From: Phoronis australis
Lineage: Eukaryota; Animalia; Phoronida
NCBI GenBank assembly: GCA_002633005.1
Contig: NMRA01000083.1
Span: 446,896-510,895, forward strand
DNA length: 64,000 nucleotides
Reading direction: 5' to 3'
Shown here: positions 28,702 through 41,995 of the stretch, piece after piece
Layout of the letters: every line of letters begins with the position of its first letter
Position numbering within the stretch: position 1 is the first letter of the stretch
Notes under the pieces: generated by a model
The model's database searches: none
What the model saw: the letters and a program-made list of their open reading frames with translations, nothing else
What the model was told of the DNA's origin: nothing
Made by a program: the position numbers and the translations under genes

Positions 28702-31670
28702 TTTACTTGGCAGAATTCTTCCGCCAAGTATGTTGGTCTGACAGCAAGTTTTTTACTTGGCGAAATAAATTTCGCCAAGTATGTTGCTCTTCCACTAAGT
28801 TTTTTTTTTTTGTTTGTTCGCACGATACAGGTCGTAATTTTCGGACTTCTACGTTCGTCATGTGAATGTTATTATTACTTCTTTTGTTCATCCTCGCCAC
28901 CATCGTCTTCATATTCGTCATCTTCGTCATCATCTTTATCGTCATCTTTTTTTGTTTGTTCGCACGATACAGGTCGCAATTTTCGTCCGATCATCACGAA
29001 ATTTATACATAACACGTAGTTCAAAATCGGATCCAAGAAGGCGGCTGTGGCAGCCATTTAGTTTTCATTTAAAGGTTCAAATGCTTCTGGAGGCTACAAT
29101 TTTTTACGTAAAAGGCTAAGAATCGGCACAGTAAATGGACCGGAAGTTTGATATAAGTATTCCGGAAATTGTTTACTTCCGGTTAAAGATGGCGGAAATA
29201 TCGGCGATCACGCATGCACACCTCGATTTTGGCCTAAAAACATTTTCTCCTGTAGAGGGCGCATTATAAGACCAATTCCTTCGAATTTTTACAGGTATTA
29301 GTTTCTTATGACATGCTATTATACAAAGCCAAAAAACAGGAAGTTGCTTTCAAGATGGCAGATCTGGCGCATGTTGGCCCATTTTCAGTTGTAATGGAGT
29401 GCGATTTTAAACGTGAAGAGAAAAAGACGTGATTTTTTGCATGTGGATTCTTTGAAGTATATTCTTTCAAATGGCCAGTAACAATTTTTTCTCAGACTTA
29501 CCGTTTTTGAGTTATTCGACTTTGAATTTCTTAAAAAAAAAGGAAAATTTCATTTTTTTCAAAAAATTTACGGAATTAGGGGATACCATCAGTTTAGACA
29601 GAACTTTGAACGGGCTTTCCGAAAATGTTTTCCATTTTTCGCTAGGACGTCTACTTTTTGAGTTATTTGAGATTTTCCAATAACGCTGTTCCTTTGTTGA
29701 GTGCTCTTGCTGCGTTGATGTTGGTTTATCTTCTATTGAACTAGACTGTAGCCTATTTCTTATTGATTTATGACATCTAAGTTCATCATATGAATGTTGT
29801 GATGTTGTTCATCATCGCCACCACCATCATCATATTCGTCATCATCTCCGTCGTTGTCTTTTCCGTTAATTTCGCCAAGTGTCGCTCAAGACTGTAGCCT
29901 TTTTCTTACCGATTTCGGACTTCTACGTTCGTCATGTGTATGTTATTATTACTTCTTTTGTTCATCCTCGCCACCATCGTCGTCATATTCGTCATCTTCG
30001 TCATCCTTTTGGTTAATTTCGCCAAGTTTCGCTCCTCGGAGCGCTTTCATTTTTTTTTGTTCGCTCTCTACAGGTCGCAATTTTCGTCTGATTTTCACGA
30101 AATTTGAACACAACTTGTAGATCGGAAAGTTCTGGAACGCTATTGTTTTTGGTCATGATCGGATACAAAATGGCCGACATGGCGGCAATTTTGTATCCGA
30201 TTTCACAGTCAAATACTCGTAGAGGCCGCATTTTTTGACGTACATGGCTGAAAATCGGTACGATTATACTACAACACATGTGCTACAAGTGTGCATAAAT
30301 TCGTTGACTTCCGGTCAAAGATGGCGGAAATATTGGACATGGCGCATGCGCACCCAGAAATATGGCCAAAAACGTTTTCTCCTGTAGAGGGCGCATTTGC
30401 ACACCAATCACTTTCAAACTGGTATCGTGTTTGTTGAGGTTAATAAGCTTTTATTAAAAATTATTGAACCGGAAGTCACTTTCAAGATGGCGGCTGTGGC
30501 GCATGTTCACACGGTTTCAATCGTTCTGGTGTCGCATTTTTAACGGGAAGAGCAAACGACGTGAATTTTTGCATGTGGATTTCTTGAAGTAGGGCCTTTC
30601 AAAAAGTCTGCAAGAGCGTATTTCTCAGACTTACCGTTTTCGAGTTATTTGACTTTGAATTTCAAAAAAAATGGCAAATTTTCAATTTTTAAGAAAATTT
30701 TTTGGATTTTTGCCAAACTACCACATTAGATAGAGTTTTGAACGAACTTTCAGAAGATATTTTCCATTTTGCGCTACGACATCTACTTTTTGAATTATTC
30801 GAGATTTTCGGATACCGTTGTTCCTTCGGTCACCTATGCAAGCACGTAGCTGGCTGGCTTTCAGTTCACTTTGTTTTGGTTATGCCTAGTTGACCTAGAC
30901 TGACCCAGCCAGCACTATCCTACTGTAAAGCATGGCTCGTCCATCATGTTGCGCCATCTATTGTTCTTTATTGTAGTTGATTGTATGCTCTCTATTTGAT
31001 TTCTTCGCTAGTCACATGAATGTTATCGTTTTATTCATAATTGCTGCCTTGATCGTCATGATTGTCGTCGTCCCCCTCATCGTCGTCTTTTCGATTAATT
31101 CCGCCAAGTGTCGCTCCTCCAAGCGTTCTCATTTTTTTGTTTGTTCGCACTCTACAGGTCGCAATTTTCATCCGATTTTCACGAAATTTGCACACGACGT
31201 GTAGATCGAAAAGTCCTGGAAGGCTATGAATGTTTTTGGTCATGATCGGATACAAAATGGCGGATGTGGTGGCCATTTTGTATCAGATTTCACAGTCAAA
31301 TGCTGGTAGAGGCCGCATTTTTCGACGTACATGGCTGAAAATCGGTACGATTATACTAGAACGCAAGTGCTACAAGTTTGCTGAAAATCGTTGACTTCCG
31401 GTCAAAGATGGCGGAAATATTGGAAGTGGCGCATGCGCAACCCGAAATATGGCCAAAAAACGTTTTCTCCTGTAGAGGGCGCATTTGCGAACCAATCACT
31501 TTCAAACTGGTCACGTGTTTGTTGAGTTTAATAAGCTTTTATAAAACTTTATTGAACCGGAAGTCACTTTCAAGATGGCGGCTGTGGCGCATGTTCACAG
31601 TTTCAATCGTTCTGCTGTCGCGTTTTTAACGGAAAGAGCAAATGACGTGAATCTTTCCATGTGGATTCCT
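28702..31670 (+). mobile_element. Nested cluster of Helentron-associated non-autonomous elements (HINE/DINE-1-like)
   Basis: 5' subTIR-IR hairpins TACTTGGC..GCCAAGTA (28704-28730) and TACTTGGCGAAAT-aa-ATTTCGCCAAGTA (28754-28781); T-run/GTTT microsatellite; three related bodies; 3' subTIR CGCCAAGT plus stem-loop CGCTCC-tc-GGAGCG (30016-30043, degenerate at 31102-31125); T-run junctions. Confidence 0.85.
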
Positions 31671-31762
31671 TGTTTGGTTGATTGCTCCCAGTGGACCACG
31701 GGTCAGCAAACCTCGATTATATCTATCAATGGAATTTCCCGATCCTGATGTCGATGTTTTAG

Positions 31763-31914
31763 GCGCCCACAGGTTCTCGGTGCTGAAGTCACCGTGAAAA
31801 AACACCGTACATTGAGCACCCAGGTTCTCGGTGCTGAAGTCACCGTGACAAAACACCGTACATTGAGCGCCCAGGTTCTTCAGGTGCTGAAGTCACTGTG
31901 ACAAAACACCGTAC
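31763..31914 (+). repeat. 51-bp minisatellite, 3 copies
   Basis: caggttct starts at 31770, 31821 and 31872; unit caggttctcggtgctgaagtcaccgtgacaaaacaccgtacattgagcacc. Confidence 0.95.
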
Positions 31915-33687
31915 CGTTCCTTTTCCTGTTTTCTAAATGTAATCTAATTCCTCGGATTATTAATCTCTGAAATTCCGCTCTTGACATCTTGACATGACCT
32001 CAAAGCCGAGATGATATCCCACAATGCAAAGTCAAGTAAACGCATTTTTCACTGGTCAGTTTCTCAAAGTCAACAGTAAATGACCATTATCACGAAAGGG
32101 AAATCTTGCCTGCAAATAGCATTACACTGGTAGTCATGAGACTTCAAAATTGGTCAGACCTTGCGAAATTCCTAACAGTTAATTGGCAGTTCTGTCTAAG
32201 ATAACCAGAAAATGATGCTAAAAACAGAGGATTTCCGTTAATGTCATGTAAGGCCTTGTTGACAAGTCTCTACGTTTAGTCAAATAACAAAAAAAAATAT
32301 TTAACTCGGCAAAACTACATATTTTCTGAAAGCAGAAATTGAATTTGATGTTTCCTTTATACCAATCTGCCACTAATAGGCTCAGGTGACCACGCTTTTC
32401 AGAAAAACCTCAACAAAAAGGTAACATTCATGGCAAAGAACAAGATCAATTACAACACCAAATTTCTCATGATACAAATATTTAAGATAAAACCTCAAAA
32501 AAAAACTGTTGCCATTTTCTAAACTATTGTTTCGTTCTCATTTTTTTCTGATACTACCTCGTGCAAAAAAGGAAATTTTTGCTAATCTTAAGATTACTTG
32601 AGAGAACTCCAGAATTCCACGTCTTTCTGATAGGAGAGGTGACACACGACACCTCAACCAAACAACCAACCAAAATAAGGTAAACTCATAAATAACGTGT
32701 TGTCAGTCTCGGAACATGAACTAGTTGATCCCATTTCACAGCTAACACTGTACATAAAAAACTTACATATAACTGTGTGTGTTTCAGAATAGGTGTGTTC
32801 AAATGTTCAATGTGTACAGCCTCTCATGACATGCAAAGTAAACTTCTCTAAATGTCAAAACCGTGAAAACTGAACGTGGAGAAAATGATAAAAGTGATTC
32901 TTAGATATGAGTCATGTTGTAAGTATTGGGCAATCAAAAGTGGCCAAGACATTTATTGATCGTAAGAAATTAAAAAATTCTCCAATTGATCATTCAAATA
33001 TATGATGCAGTGAAGTCTGTGGTGAATGATTACAGTGGAAGTAGGAAATTGAAACTTCATGCCATATGTCTGCGTGTTTTTTTACTCAAGAAAAATATTA
33101 CTGGTGCCTTAACAATACTTTTAGAGAAGACCAGGGTCTGAATTCTAAATGAAGTTCATTGCACAAGCTTGCATTTTTATATTTAGCGTTGTACACAAGA
33201 ACATAAAAAATTTGACAAACATAATATATCGAATGAGCTTGACTGAGGTTGCAATAACCGAATGCGGGTGTAACGGATTATAATAGCTGAACATTGCTGC
33301 TATATGGGTGCCCTGATGCTCAGGTTACATGGGTGTTGAGCAGCCCACCTGCATGTCTGGGCCTCAGTGGTGTTGGAAGCCTGCCAGTTAACACTGTTGC
33401 TGGGGTTTGTGCCACACCACATGACTTGCGCAATATGCTGGTGAATATCGATAGCGCGAATCACATATTTTGTACAGAAAATGACATCTTTCAGAGGAAT
33501 TCATACAGCAGAAAGCAAGCACAACTTGAAGTGCAGCCCTGTAACTGACCATGATTTTTAAAGTAAGAACCAGTTTCTTAAAGTGTCTGTAAACCCGCTC
33601 TTGCCATCACAAAAAAATGATTTAGACTGCTTACCATTATGGAATTGGTCTCAATTTGTTCCTTAGTCAAATTCCAGGTGATTAATT

Positions 33688-33823
33688 GGGCCTGTTTCCT
33701 GAAAAGGCTATAGCCAAAAGTCGATTTTTTGTCTTTTGGCTATGCATTTCTGGTTTTTTGGCTCAGAGTTCTAGACAAATTTTCAGACTTTCAATTTGAG
33801 CTTGTTTTTTTGTGAAACGGGCC
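33688..33823. mobile_element. Short PIF/Harbinger-like MITE remnant
   Basis: gggcctgtttc ... gaaacgggcc inverted ends. Confidence 0.5.
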
Positions 33824-33938
33824 AAGCCATCTGCAGATTGTTTTTTTAGCCAAAACTCACTGATAAGACTATAGAATTTTTGAGAAACGGTCACTATGGA
33901 TTTGAAATAAGTGAGAATTTTGATATTGCATGTAACTC

Positions 33939-34135
33939 GGGGTCTGTTTCATGAAAATTGACTTCGGACTTAAGGCAGAAATTTGGTCTTACGTTCAGCA
34001 CAATTACGGAATAAAGGTTTAGCTAAATAATTATGAGTGCGTCCCAGTGTAGAAACAATATATAAAAGTTATCTCGGTAATTGGCAGTTACGTATTCTCA
34101 GACTTTGCTAAAAAAATTTTTCATGAAAGAGAGCC
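33939..34135. mobile_element. Short PIF/Harbinger-like MITE remnant
   Basis: ggggtctgtttcatgaaaa ... ttttcatgaaagagagcc inverted ends. Confidence 0.55.
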
Positions 34136-34834
34136 AGGCAGGTTCTACAGTCTACAAGTTGGCTGGTCACGGCTTACTATTTTATGCCAAGAGCATGCTC
34201 TCATGGAATTACAAAGGGCCACGCCAGTTCTTCAATCTTAGAAATCACTCTTCCCATCTGAGTAAGGAACAAGTTGACACCAATTTTATAGTGGAAAGTG
34301 GTCTATTGATAACATTTTTGTGTCTTGAAAAAGACGTGAGTTCATAGCAGCTTTAAATTACGATTTAAATATGATAGAAATTAGGAAGCCTGGTAATCGG
34401 TCTCACTTTCAGGAGTTCAGCAGATCATATAGAACTGAGCACTTAGGCTAGCTAGGCCAACACAGTCCTAATGCTTACCAGTAGAATGAGTGTCAGGTGA
34501 TGTAGAGAGTCAATAACCATAGTGCTACCAAGCTTGCTAGACATTAACTCATAAACACTGCACTTTACAAAGAATCTGACACATAAAGGGAATATGCATA
34601 TGCACATACTTGCATAACGCTAAAAGACCATAATGCAATCTTAGAGGCTTCCATGAGGCCCTGCATCAGTTCCATGTCCCAACTGTCAACACTGAATGCT
34701 CATTGGTTAAGAATTCAATGTCCATGCATGTAGTTATAACAGCTCCTGGACTTTTATGAGGCTGAGGCTATGGATACCAGTGAAAGCACTGCATGTAGCT
34801 AAACAAAAAGTACACACAGTGCAGTCCATTTTAC

Positions 34835-36127
34835 GGATCGTTCTAAAACCCCCTCGACCCCACACCCCTTGACCCACGAGCCCCTCGACCCACGATACGT
34901 GGCAATAGAGGTATTTTTGCGCTTTTTACATAATATTTCATAATCTTGTTACTAAGCTGAGTGACTTTCCTCGAAGACTTAATTGCCGTCATGTGGTTGA
35001 ACAGAGATGTTAATGATTATTGGCCTCGTAGATTTTTGCGAAAACAAAACCAAAAGAAAAGCACATTCATGCAAAAAAATCAAATATTTTTATGAAAAAG
35101 CTCCCAACAACTGTTGACGTGTTGTCTAAGATAAAATCCGTGTAATTCTTAGTTGAACGTTAGGCATTTCACCATCAGATGATTCATGCTTCATTGTTAC
35201 TGATTTTGTCTCTAATTCAGTGTTAGGTTAGGGACTGTTGTTAAAGATGTTTAATGTATTTTACCTCTTTTGAAAAATAATCTTGCATAGGAGGCACACC
35301 ATAGTGGGTTGGGGACTATATAGCCCACTTATTTCAGTGCTGCACAGCCCATTTCTGTCGAATTTTGAGTTTTGTTGCATGAGACACTGTTACAGCAGAC
35401 AACCACATTAGTGTACTCTCTGACTCCGCACAGCAGGTGTCGTGCAGAAAGAGCACGTGGCAGCTCGCGTGCCAACTTCCCCAGCCACTGGCCTACCGTT
35501 CAGTAACACTATCTCTAAAAAGCAAGACTTCGCGACTGGGATTACGTGAGATTGCCGTGTATTTTAAATGAGATCACGTGACTTTGACTAGATTTTAGCT
35601 AGGTCCTAGTGTAAGTCCTGGCGTTACTGAACGCACGGCAGCTGTAGTCACGCTCTGATCCGCCAAACTGAAAAATAGTTTGTGATTCCTGTCCATCGTC
35701 GGTATTCCTGTCCTGCTATATGTGATGAAAGGAGCATCAGCCTGTTTTTGGTGCTTCCGTTTCTTTCAGAAAAGGTGCGTTATTCCTGCTGCTTCGATTA
35801 TGCCTTAATTGTTTATGGTGCATTTGAAACATGTGGCTGTCTGCTGATAGTTGTGCCAGTTTGTATAAAGCTGTACAGACCCAGCGAAGCCGAAGGTGAG
35901 TCGATAACCTGACAGAGCTGAACCTGGCTTTGTCGTCCTTGGGTAATGTAAGTGGTGGGTGGAGGAAGTCGTGGGTGGAGAGGGTTGTGGGTCGAGGGGG
36001 TCGTGGGTCGAGGGGGTCGTGAGTCGAGGGGGTCGTGGGTCGAGGGAGTTGTGGGTCGAGGGGGATGGGTTGAGGGGGTTGAGGAGTGTGGGGTTGAGGT
36101 GGTCGAGGGATTTTTAGCACTGAATCC
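34835..36127. mobile_element. Foldback/Mutator-like non-autonomous element with 16-bp subterminal arrays (CCCCTCGACCCACGAC)
   Basis: Ends ggatcgttctaaaaccccctcgacc / ggtcgagggatttttagcactgaatcc; about 3 units on the left and about 9 inverted on the right; 9-bp flanks ccattttac / cacttttac. Confidence 0.8.
35490..35638 (+). mobile_element. Small TIR MITE nested in the foldback element; relatives at 58457-58623 and 60646-60815
   Basis: ccgttcagtaac ... gttactgaacg ends; shared core ctaaaaagcaagact...attgccgtgtattt...ctagattttagctaggtcctag. Confidence 0.8.
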
Positions 36128-36465
36128 CACTTTTACTGCTGTGGTCTATAAAAACTGAAAAGTTGAGAGTTTTTGAAGGACAAAAACAGGCACTTAATTA
36201 GAACAGAATCATAAAAGAAACTCATGAATTGCAACCGCTGCTCCTTTGTTGACCCCACTAGAATGCTTGCAAAGAATTCCGAGGGTTTTGAACAAGGGAG
36301 CCCCTAATGTCAGCGACTTTGTGCCAGATACTGTTCTCACTGATTTGAATACTGGCGTACATTAAAATAGTGCGAATTGAAAACAAGTGTCTTGATTCAT
36401 TAGGACACTCAGACTTCCCCTGCATGCAATGTGTGGGGATGTGAAATTGGCTCCTTTCAGCCGCA

Positions 36466-36582
36466 GGATTGTACCTTTTGATGTTTCAAGGTTAGGGTTA
36501 GGGAAAGGTGAGGATTAGGGTTAGGGTTGGGGTTAAGCAATTGAGACTTCAGAACACATGCATTTCCTATACGGTACAATCC
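36466..36582. mobile_element. Small MITE carrying telomere-like TTAGGG repeats
   Basis: GGATTGTACC ... GGTACAATCC perfect 10-bp TIR around ggttagggttaggg...attagggttagggttgggg. Confidence 0.7.
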
Positions 36583-37173
36583 CGTGCCTTACTCATTGGA
36601 AATAATGGGGAATGCATGGTGCTCAGGAAGGGTAAGTGCACTAGCTACTGGTGGAATGGTTGGTCTACTACAAAGTAGTTGTGTTATGTAATGACAGTTT
36701 GTGTATTCTGCTCACTGGCTCATCACAATAAAGGTGTGCATAACAGGATATAAGGGTAGAAAATAAGCAAAGCTGAGCACATCCCAACAATAGCTGATGG
36801 CTTTCAGGTGCTGGGCATGTAATGAACCATGGAAACGAGGTGCACAAATGTTCTCTTAAAATTTACCACTAGTGTGTGCGGAAAGAATGGACTAAACTGT
36901 TCTTCTGCTTTAATATTGTGAAACTTTATGCCACCTAAAATTGTGTGAATGCAAATGATTGAGAAGAAGTCTCTTTATAATGAGCTACAGACGAGTCCTC
37001 AAAAAATCTCCGGAGGTTATTCTCGACCGCTCACGCCATTTATCAATTCTTCTAGCTTGTATGAAGATTGTTTGAAGAAGAACAAAAAGCACCCACTTTA
37101 AGAACTTTCTTGGGTGATATCCCCACCTGGTCAGTCTTATGGCTTACTGTCCAATACATGCAAGCAAAAAGTT

Positions 37174-40100
37174 GGGGGGGGGGTCACGACACTGCATAGT
37201 CACAACTGGTAATTTTTGGAAGACAGTTCCGAAGCGGTGGAGATCAATAATCAAAATGAAATGTATGGAGTTTGCTCGTCCCTTCTTTCTCATATTGACC
37301 TCATTCACTTCGTACACCCTGTTTGAACACTTCTCCATACACCTTCTAATTTTTCGCGCTGGTTTTAATTCTGCATTGTTGGCTTCAAAAGTTTTTGATT
37401 ACAATTTCTTGTACAGTCCGTGTAGTAATTGAGTAAAGACACACAATTAAATGGTTTTACAGAAAACGCATTTTTAATCCATGAATTGGATTTATTGGTG
37501 AATAAAAATATGATGCTATTACAACTAAGAATCCTTCTATCAGCCCTAACCAAAACTTTCCTCAAGGTCATTGTAACCGCTGAAAAGGATACGATAAACG
37601 TATCCTTCAACTCATAATTTTTTTTCATACTTTCTCATTTAAGAATTTTGTTCTATCTAAAAAGACATCACAAAAGATTCAAAATAGTTTGCCTTAGCCT
37701 TAAAGAATGACCCTGGATTGACAGAGAGACTAACCAGAAGACAGAACACCTACCAGGATAGAGTACACGGGAAGGGTATGAACTTGGGCAAAATTGCATC
37801 TTTTTTTCCAAAATCTATGCTAGAGTGGTGAATTTACATCAGCATAACAACTTGCTTCTGCACCGATCTCATTAAACAAAATGAAACATGTAACAGTAAT
37901 TTGTATTTTGTTATGATGATAGCAATTTCTAGAATGAAGCTTACCAGTACCTTAAAGGTGAAACTGCTACCGCTAGCTTGTGTACGTGTCACAGAAGGTT
38001 GTCAATTCTCTGAAAAGTGAACAAAGAGCAGTGAAAACAAAATTGCAAAAGACGTGGTATAATAAAAGGGATGCATCACTGAGACAAATTCAATTCACCT
38101 GCATCCACTACGAGTACACCGAAAAATGACTGACAAACACAAATGGATGCAGGGCCATCATATTATATTAAATGTGAAAATTATAGAGAAAAAACAGCTG
38201 CCCTTTAATGTATATTAAACATGACATGAGATGCTCATTTGTTAAATGTCTTTTCATGTAATGTTTCAAAACGTGCTTTTGTCACTAGAATGCAATTCTG
38301 AAAAATTTGCATTTCAAACCTCCTGTTTGCTGCATGTTTATAGAGGCAAGTGTTAATTAGATGGAATGGGGATAGGAAAGTACTCACAGTAATTAAACTA
38401 TTCACACATGCATTCTGAGGGACAGGTTTTAGTTTAAGATGCTGTTCTTTGTAATTTTCAATGTTAAAGTTGTCAAGTAATGATTTATCAAACAACCAAA
38501 ATAAAATTATAGTAGTGCAAGTGAGATATGGTAAAGCCAGGGATAAGTTCCACAGACCTCAAGGCATTAGCTAGTTGCACTCGGCAGCGAAAAATTTTCG
38601 TTCATGGAACGGAAACAACTGATAAACCGGTAAACTCACTTTTCCCTGACTCGCAATCACAGCCCACACTTAAAAAACATGGCTATACGCACACAAAAGC
38701 ATGTCTCCATTACCACAAGCACGGCTCCAGCACCTGTAAACACGGCTCATGGACTCATGTGAGTCTTAATCATGTGAGATAGTGAGCCGTGTGCTTCAGG
38801 TTCGTAAGCCATGTTTTGTAAGCACAGAGTCATGTTTGTGAGTCAGTTGGCCGAGTCTGCACATCCGCGAGTCATGTTGATGAATGTTTGAGTTGTTTTT
38901 GTTCAGGTACCCTGCGCACTGTTTGTAGGAGTCATAAAAGTACATATGGGGAAGTTTCAACTATTTGCAGAAAGGTAAAAAGAAAACAATGCAGGTGGCC
39001 TGATATCATTTGCGGTGCATCAGACGTGCGCAGGCCTCATGGTTGGGCCCATTGCACACAACAGAAAGGTAAGACCAGCTTATAAAAAATTAAAGTAAAC
39101 AATTTTAGCGCCACAAAATGATGGATAACTGTAATGTGAAAGATCACCATTACTTTTTCAGACGCAAAATAACCAAAACCTCTAAATTTTCAGAATGGGT
39201 GCTTCCATGAAATGACATTTGAAAATTTACCATTAAGATCAGCTGCATGAAATTAATAAGATAGATTCATTTGGCCGTTATGTTCACTTCAATAATTCTG
39301 TGGAACCGTCAGTGGTNGGGGGGGGGGTCACGACACTGCATAGTCACAACTGGTAATTTTTGGAAGACAGTTCCGAAGCGGTGGAGATCAATAATCAAAA
39401 TGAAATGTATGGAGTCTGCTCGTCCCTTCTTTCTCATATTGACCTCATTCACTTCGTACACCCTGTTTGAACACTTCTCCATACACCTTCAAATTTTTCG
39501 GGCTGGTTTTAATTCTGCATAGTTGGCTTCAAAAGTTTTTGATTACAATTTCTTGTACAGTCCGTGTAGTAATTGAGTAAAGACACACAATTAAATGGTT
39601 TTACAGAAAACGCATTTTTAATCCATGAATTGGATTTATTGATGAATAAAAATCTGATGCCAACTAAGAATCCTTCTATCAGCCCTAACCAAAACTTTCC
39701 TCAAGGTCATTGTAACCGCTGAAAAGGATACGATAAACGTATCAACTCATAATTTTTCTTCATACTTTCTCATTTAAGAATTTTGTTCTATCTAAAAGAC
39801 ATCACAAAAGATTCAAAATAGTTTGCTTTAGCCTTAAAGAATGACACTGGATTGACAGAGAAACTAACCAGAAGACAGAACACCTACCAGGATTGAGTAC
39901 ACGGGAAGGGTATGAACTTGGGCAAAATTGCATCTTTTTATCCAAAATCTATGCTAGAGTGGTGAATTTACATCAGCATAACAACTTGCTTCTGCACCGA
40001 TCTCATTAAACAAAATGAAACATGTAACAGAGATGAAATGATAATTTGTATTTTGTTATGATGATAGCAATTTCTAGAATGAAGCTTACCAGTACCTTAA

Positions 40101-41470
40101 AGGTGAAACTGCTACCGCTAGCTTGTGTATGTGTCACAGAAGGTTGGCAATTCTCTGAAAAGTGAACAAAGAGCAGTGAAAACAAAATTGCATCATACAA
40201 AAGAATAATGAAAGAGATGCACCACTGAGACAAATTCAATTCACCTGCATCCACTACGAGTACACAGAAAGATGACTGACAAACACAAATGGATGCAGGG
40301 CCATCATATTATATTAAATGTGAAAATTATAGAGAAAAAACAGCTGCCCTTTAATGTATATTGAACATGACATGAGATGCTCATTTGTTAAATGTCTTTT
40401 CATGTAATGTTTCAAAATGTGCTTTTGTCACTAGAATGCAATTATGAAAAATTTGCATCTTAAACCTCCTGTTTGCTACATGTTTATAGAGGCAAGTGTT
40501 AATTAGATGGAATTGGGATAGGAAAGCACTCACAGTAATTAAACTATTCACACATGCATTCTGGGGGACAGGTTTTAGTTTAAGATGCTGTTCTTTGTAA
40601 TTTTCAATGTTAAAGTTGACAAGTAATGATTGATCAACCAAAATAAAATTATAGTTGTGCAAGTGAGTTATGGTAAAGCCAGGGATAAGTTCCACAGACC
40701 TCAAGACATTAGCTACCGGTAGTTCTCGCAGCGAAAAATTTTCGTTCATGGAATGGAAACAACTGATGAACCGGTAAACTCACTTTCCCTGACTCGCAAT
40801 CACAGCCCACACTTAAAAAACATGGCTTACGCACCCAAAAAGCATGTCTCCTTTACCACAAACACGGCTCCAGCACCTGTAAACACAGCTCATGGACTCT
40901 TTGCTGAGTCTTACATGTGAGTCTTAATCATGTGAGATAGTGAGCCGTGTTTCAGGTTCGTAAGCCATGTTTTGTAAGCACGGAGTCATGTTTGTGAGTC
41001 AGTTGGCTGAGTTTGCACGTCCGCGAGTCATGTTGATGAATGTTTGAGTTGTTTTTGTTCAGGTGCCCTGCGCACTGTTTGTAGGTGTCATAAAAGTACA
41101 TATGGTGAAGTTTCAACAATTTGCAGAAAGGTAAAAAAAACAGTGCAGGTGGCCTGATGTCATTGCGATACATCAGACGTGCGCAGGCCTCATGGTTGGG
41201 CCCATTGCACACAACAGAAAGGTAAGACCAGCTTACAAAAAATTAAAGTAAACAATTTTAGCGTGACAAAATGATGGATAACTGTAATGTGAAAGATCAC
41301 CCTTACTTTTTCAGACGCAAAATTAACCAAAACCTCTAAATTTTCAGAATGGGTGCTTCCATGAAATGACATTTGAAAATTTACCATTAAGATCAGCTGC
41401 ATGAAATTAATAAGATAGATTCATTTGGCCGTTATGTTCACTTCAATAATTCTGTGGAACCGTCAGTGGT
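37174..41470 (+). repeat. Tandem duplication 1 (37174-39316 / 39318-41470) joined by n39317; probable uncollapsed haplotypes
   Basis: End-to-end colinear copies with scattered SNPs and small indels; junction exactly at the n. Confidence 0.95.
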
Positions 41471-41815
41471 AAAGGAGAATTACACTAATTACGGATGTCT
41501 GGGCACTCAGGCCTGTGAGGTAAAGGGGTGAGGACAGTTGTAGCACTTGCCCGCTTTTGGACCTAGAGGGATAGCCCAACTGGGATCAATTAGCTGTCCA
41601 GGGGAGATGACAATTAAAAATTAAGCATTGATGCAACTATGAAGCTGTTTCTTGTACGGAAATGGGTCTTTTTTCTTAGACAAAATTACGGTTGTGGAAG
41701 TAATCCCCAATGCTTAATGGGTTCCAATATCTTTGAAAAATCTTTATGTCATAATTAAAAAATGCATGCCTCATTGCAGTCCGGTCATAAGCAAAACACT
41801 GAATAAGTGACTCAA

Positions 41816-41995
41816 AAAACAAAAGACCCATATCTAATGAATTCTGCTTGTAAGTATGAATGGCCTCAAGCCAGTGAGGGGATCTTTATTGGCCCCACTG
41901 GAGTTGGCTTCTCAGCACAAGACTAAGCAAGAGACTGATGAAAACAAAAGACCCGTATTTAATGAGCTCTTGGTATGAATGACCTCAAGCCAGTG
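41816..41995 (+). repeat. Short direct repeat pair (about 55-60 bp) with an upstream inverted partner at about 41662
   Basis: aaaacaaaagaccc..taatga..gtatgaatg.cctcaagccagtg occurs twice; atgggtctttt is the inverse of aaaagacccat. Confidence 0.75.

Noticed and set aside
28703-31276. Acidic or Ser-rich ORFs (DDDKDDDED; SSSSS)
   Set aside because: Translations of the (TCG/TCA) microsatellite inside the HINE elements
31763-31914. CRISPR-like array
   Set aside because: The whole 51-bp unit repeats; there are no variable spacers
35737-36158. Pro-rich and Gly-rich ORFs
   Set aside because: Read-through of the 16-bp subterminal array
36490-36536. Telomere or chromosome-fusion scar
   Set aside because: Few degenerate units in one orientation, enclosed by TIRs
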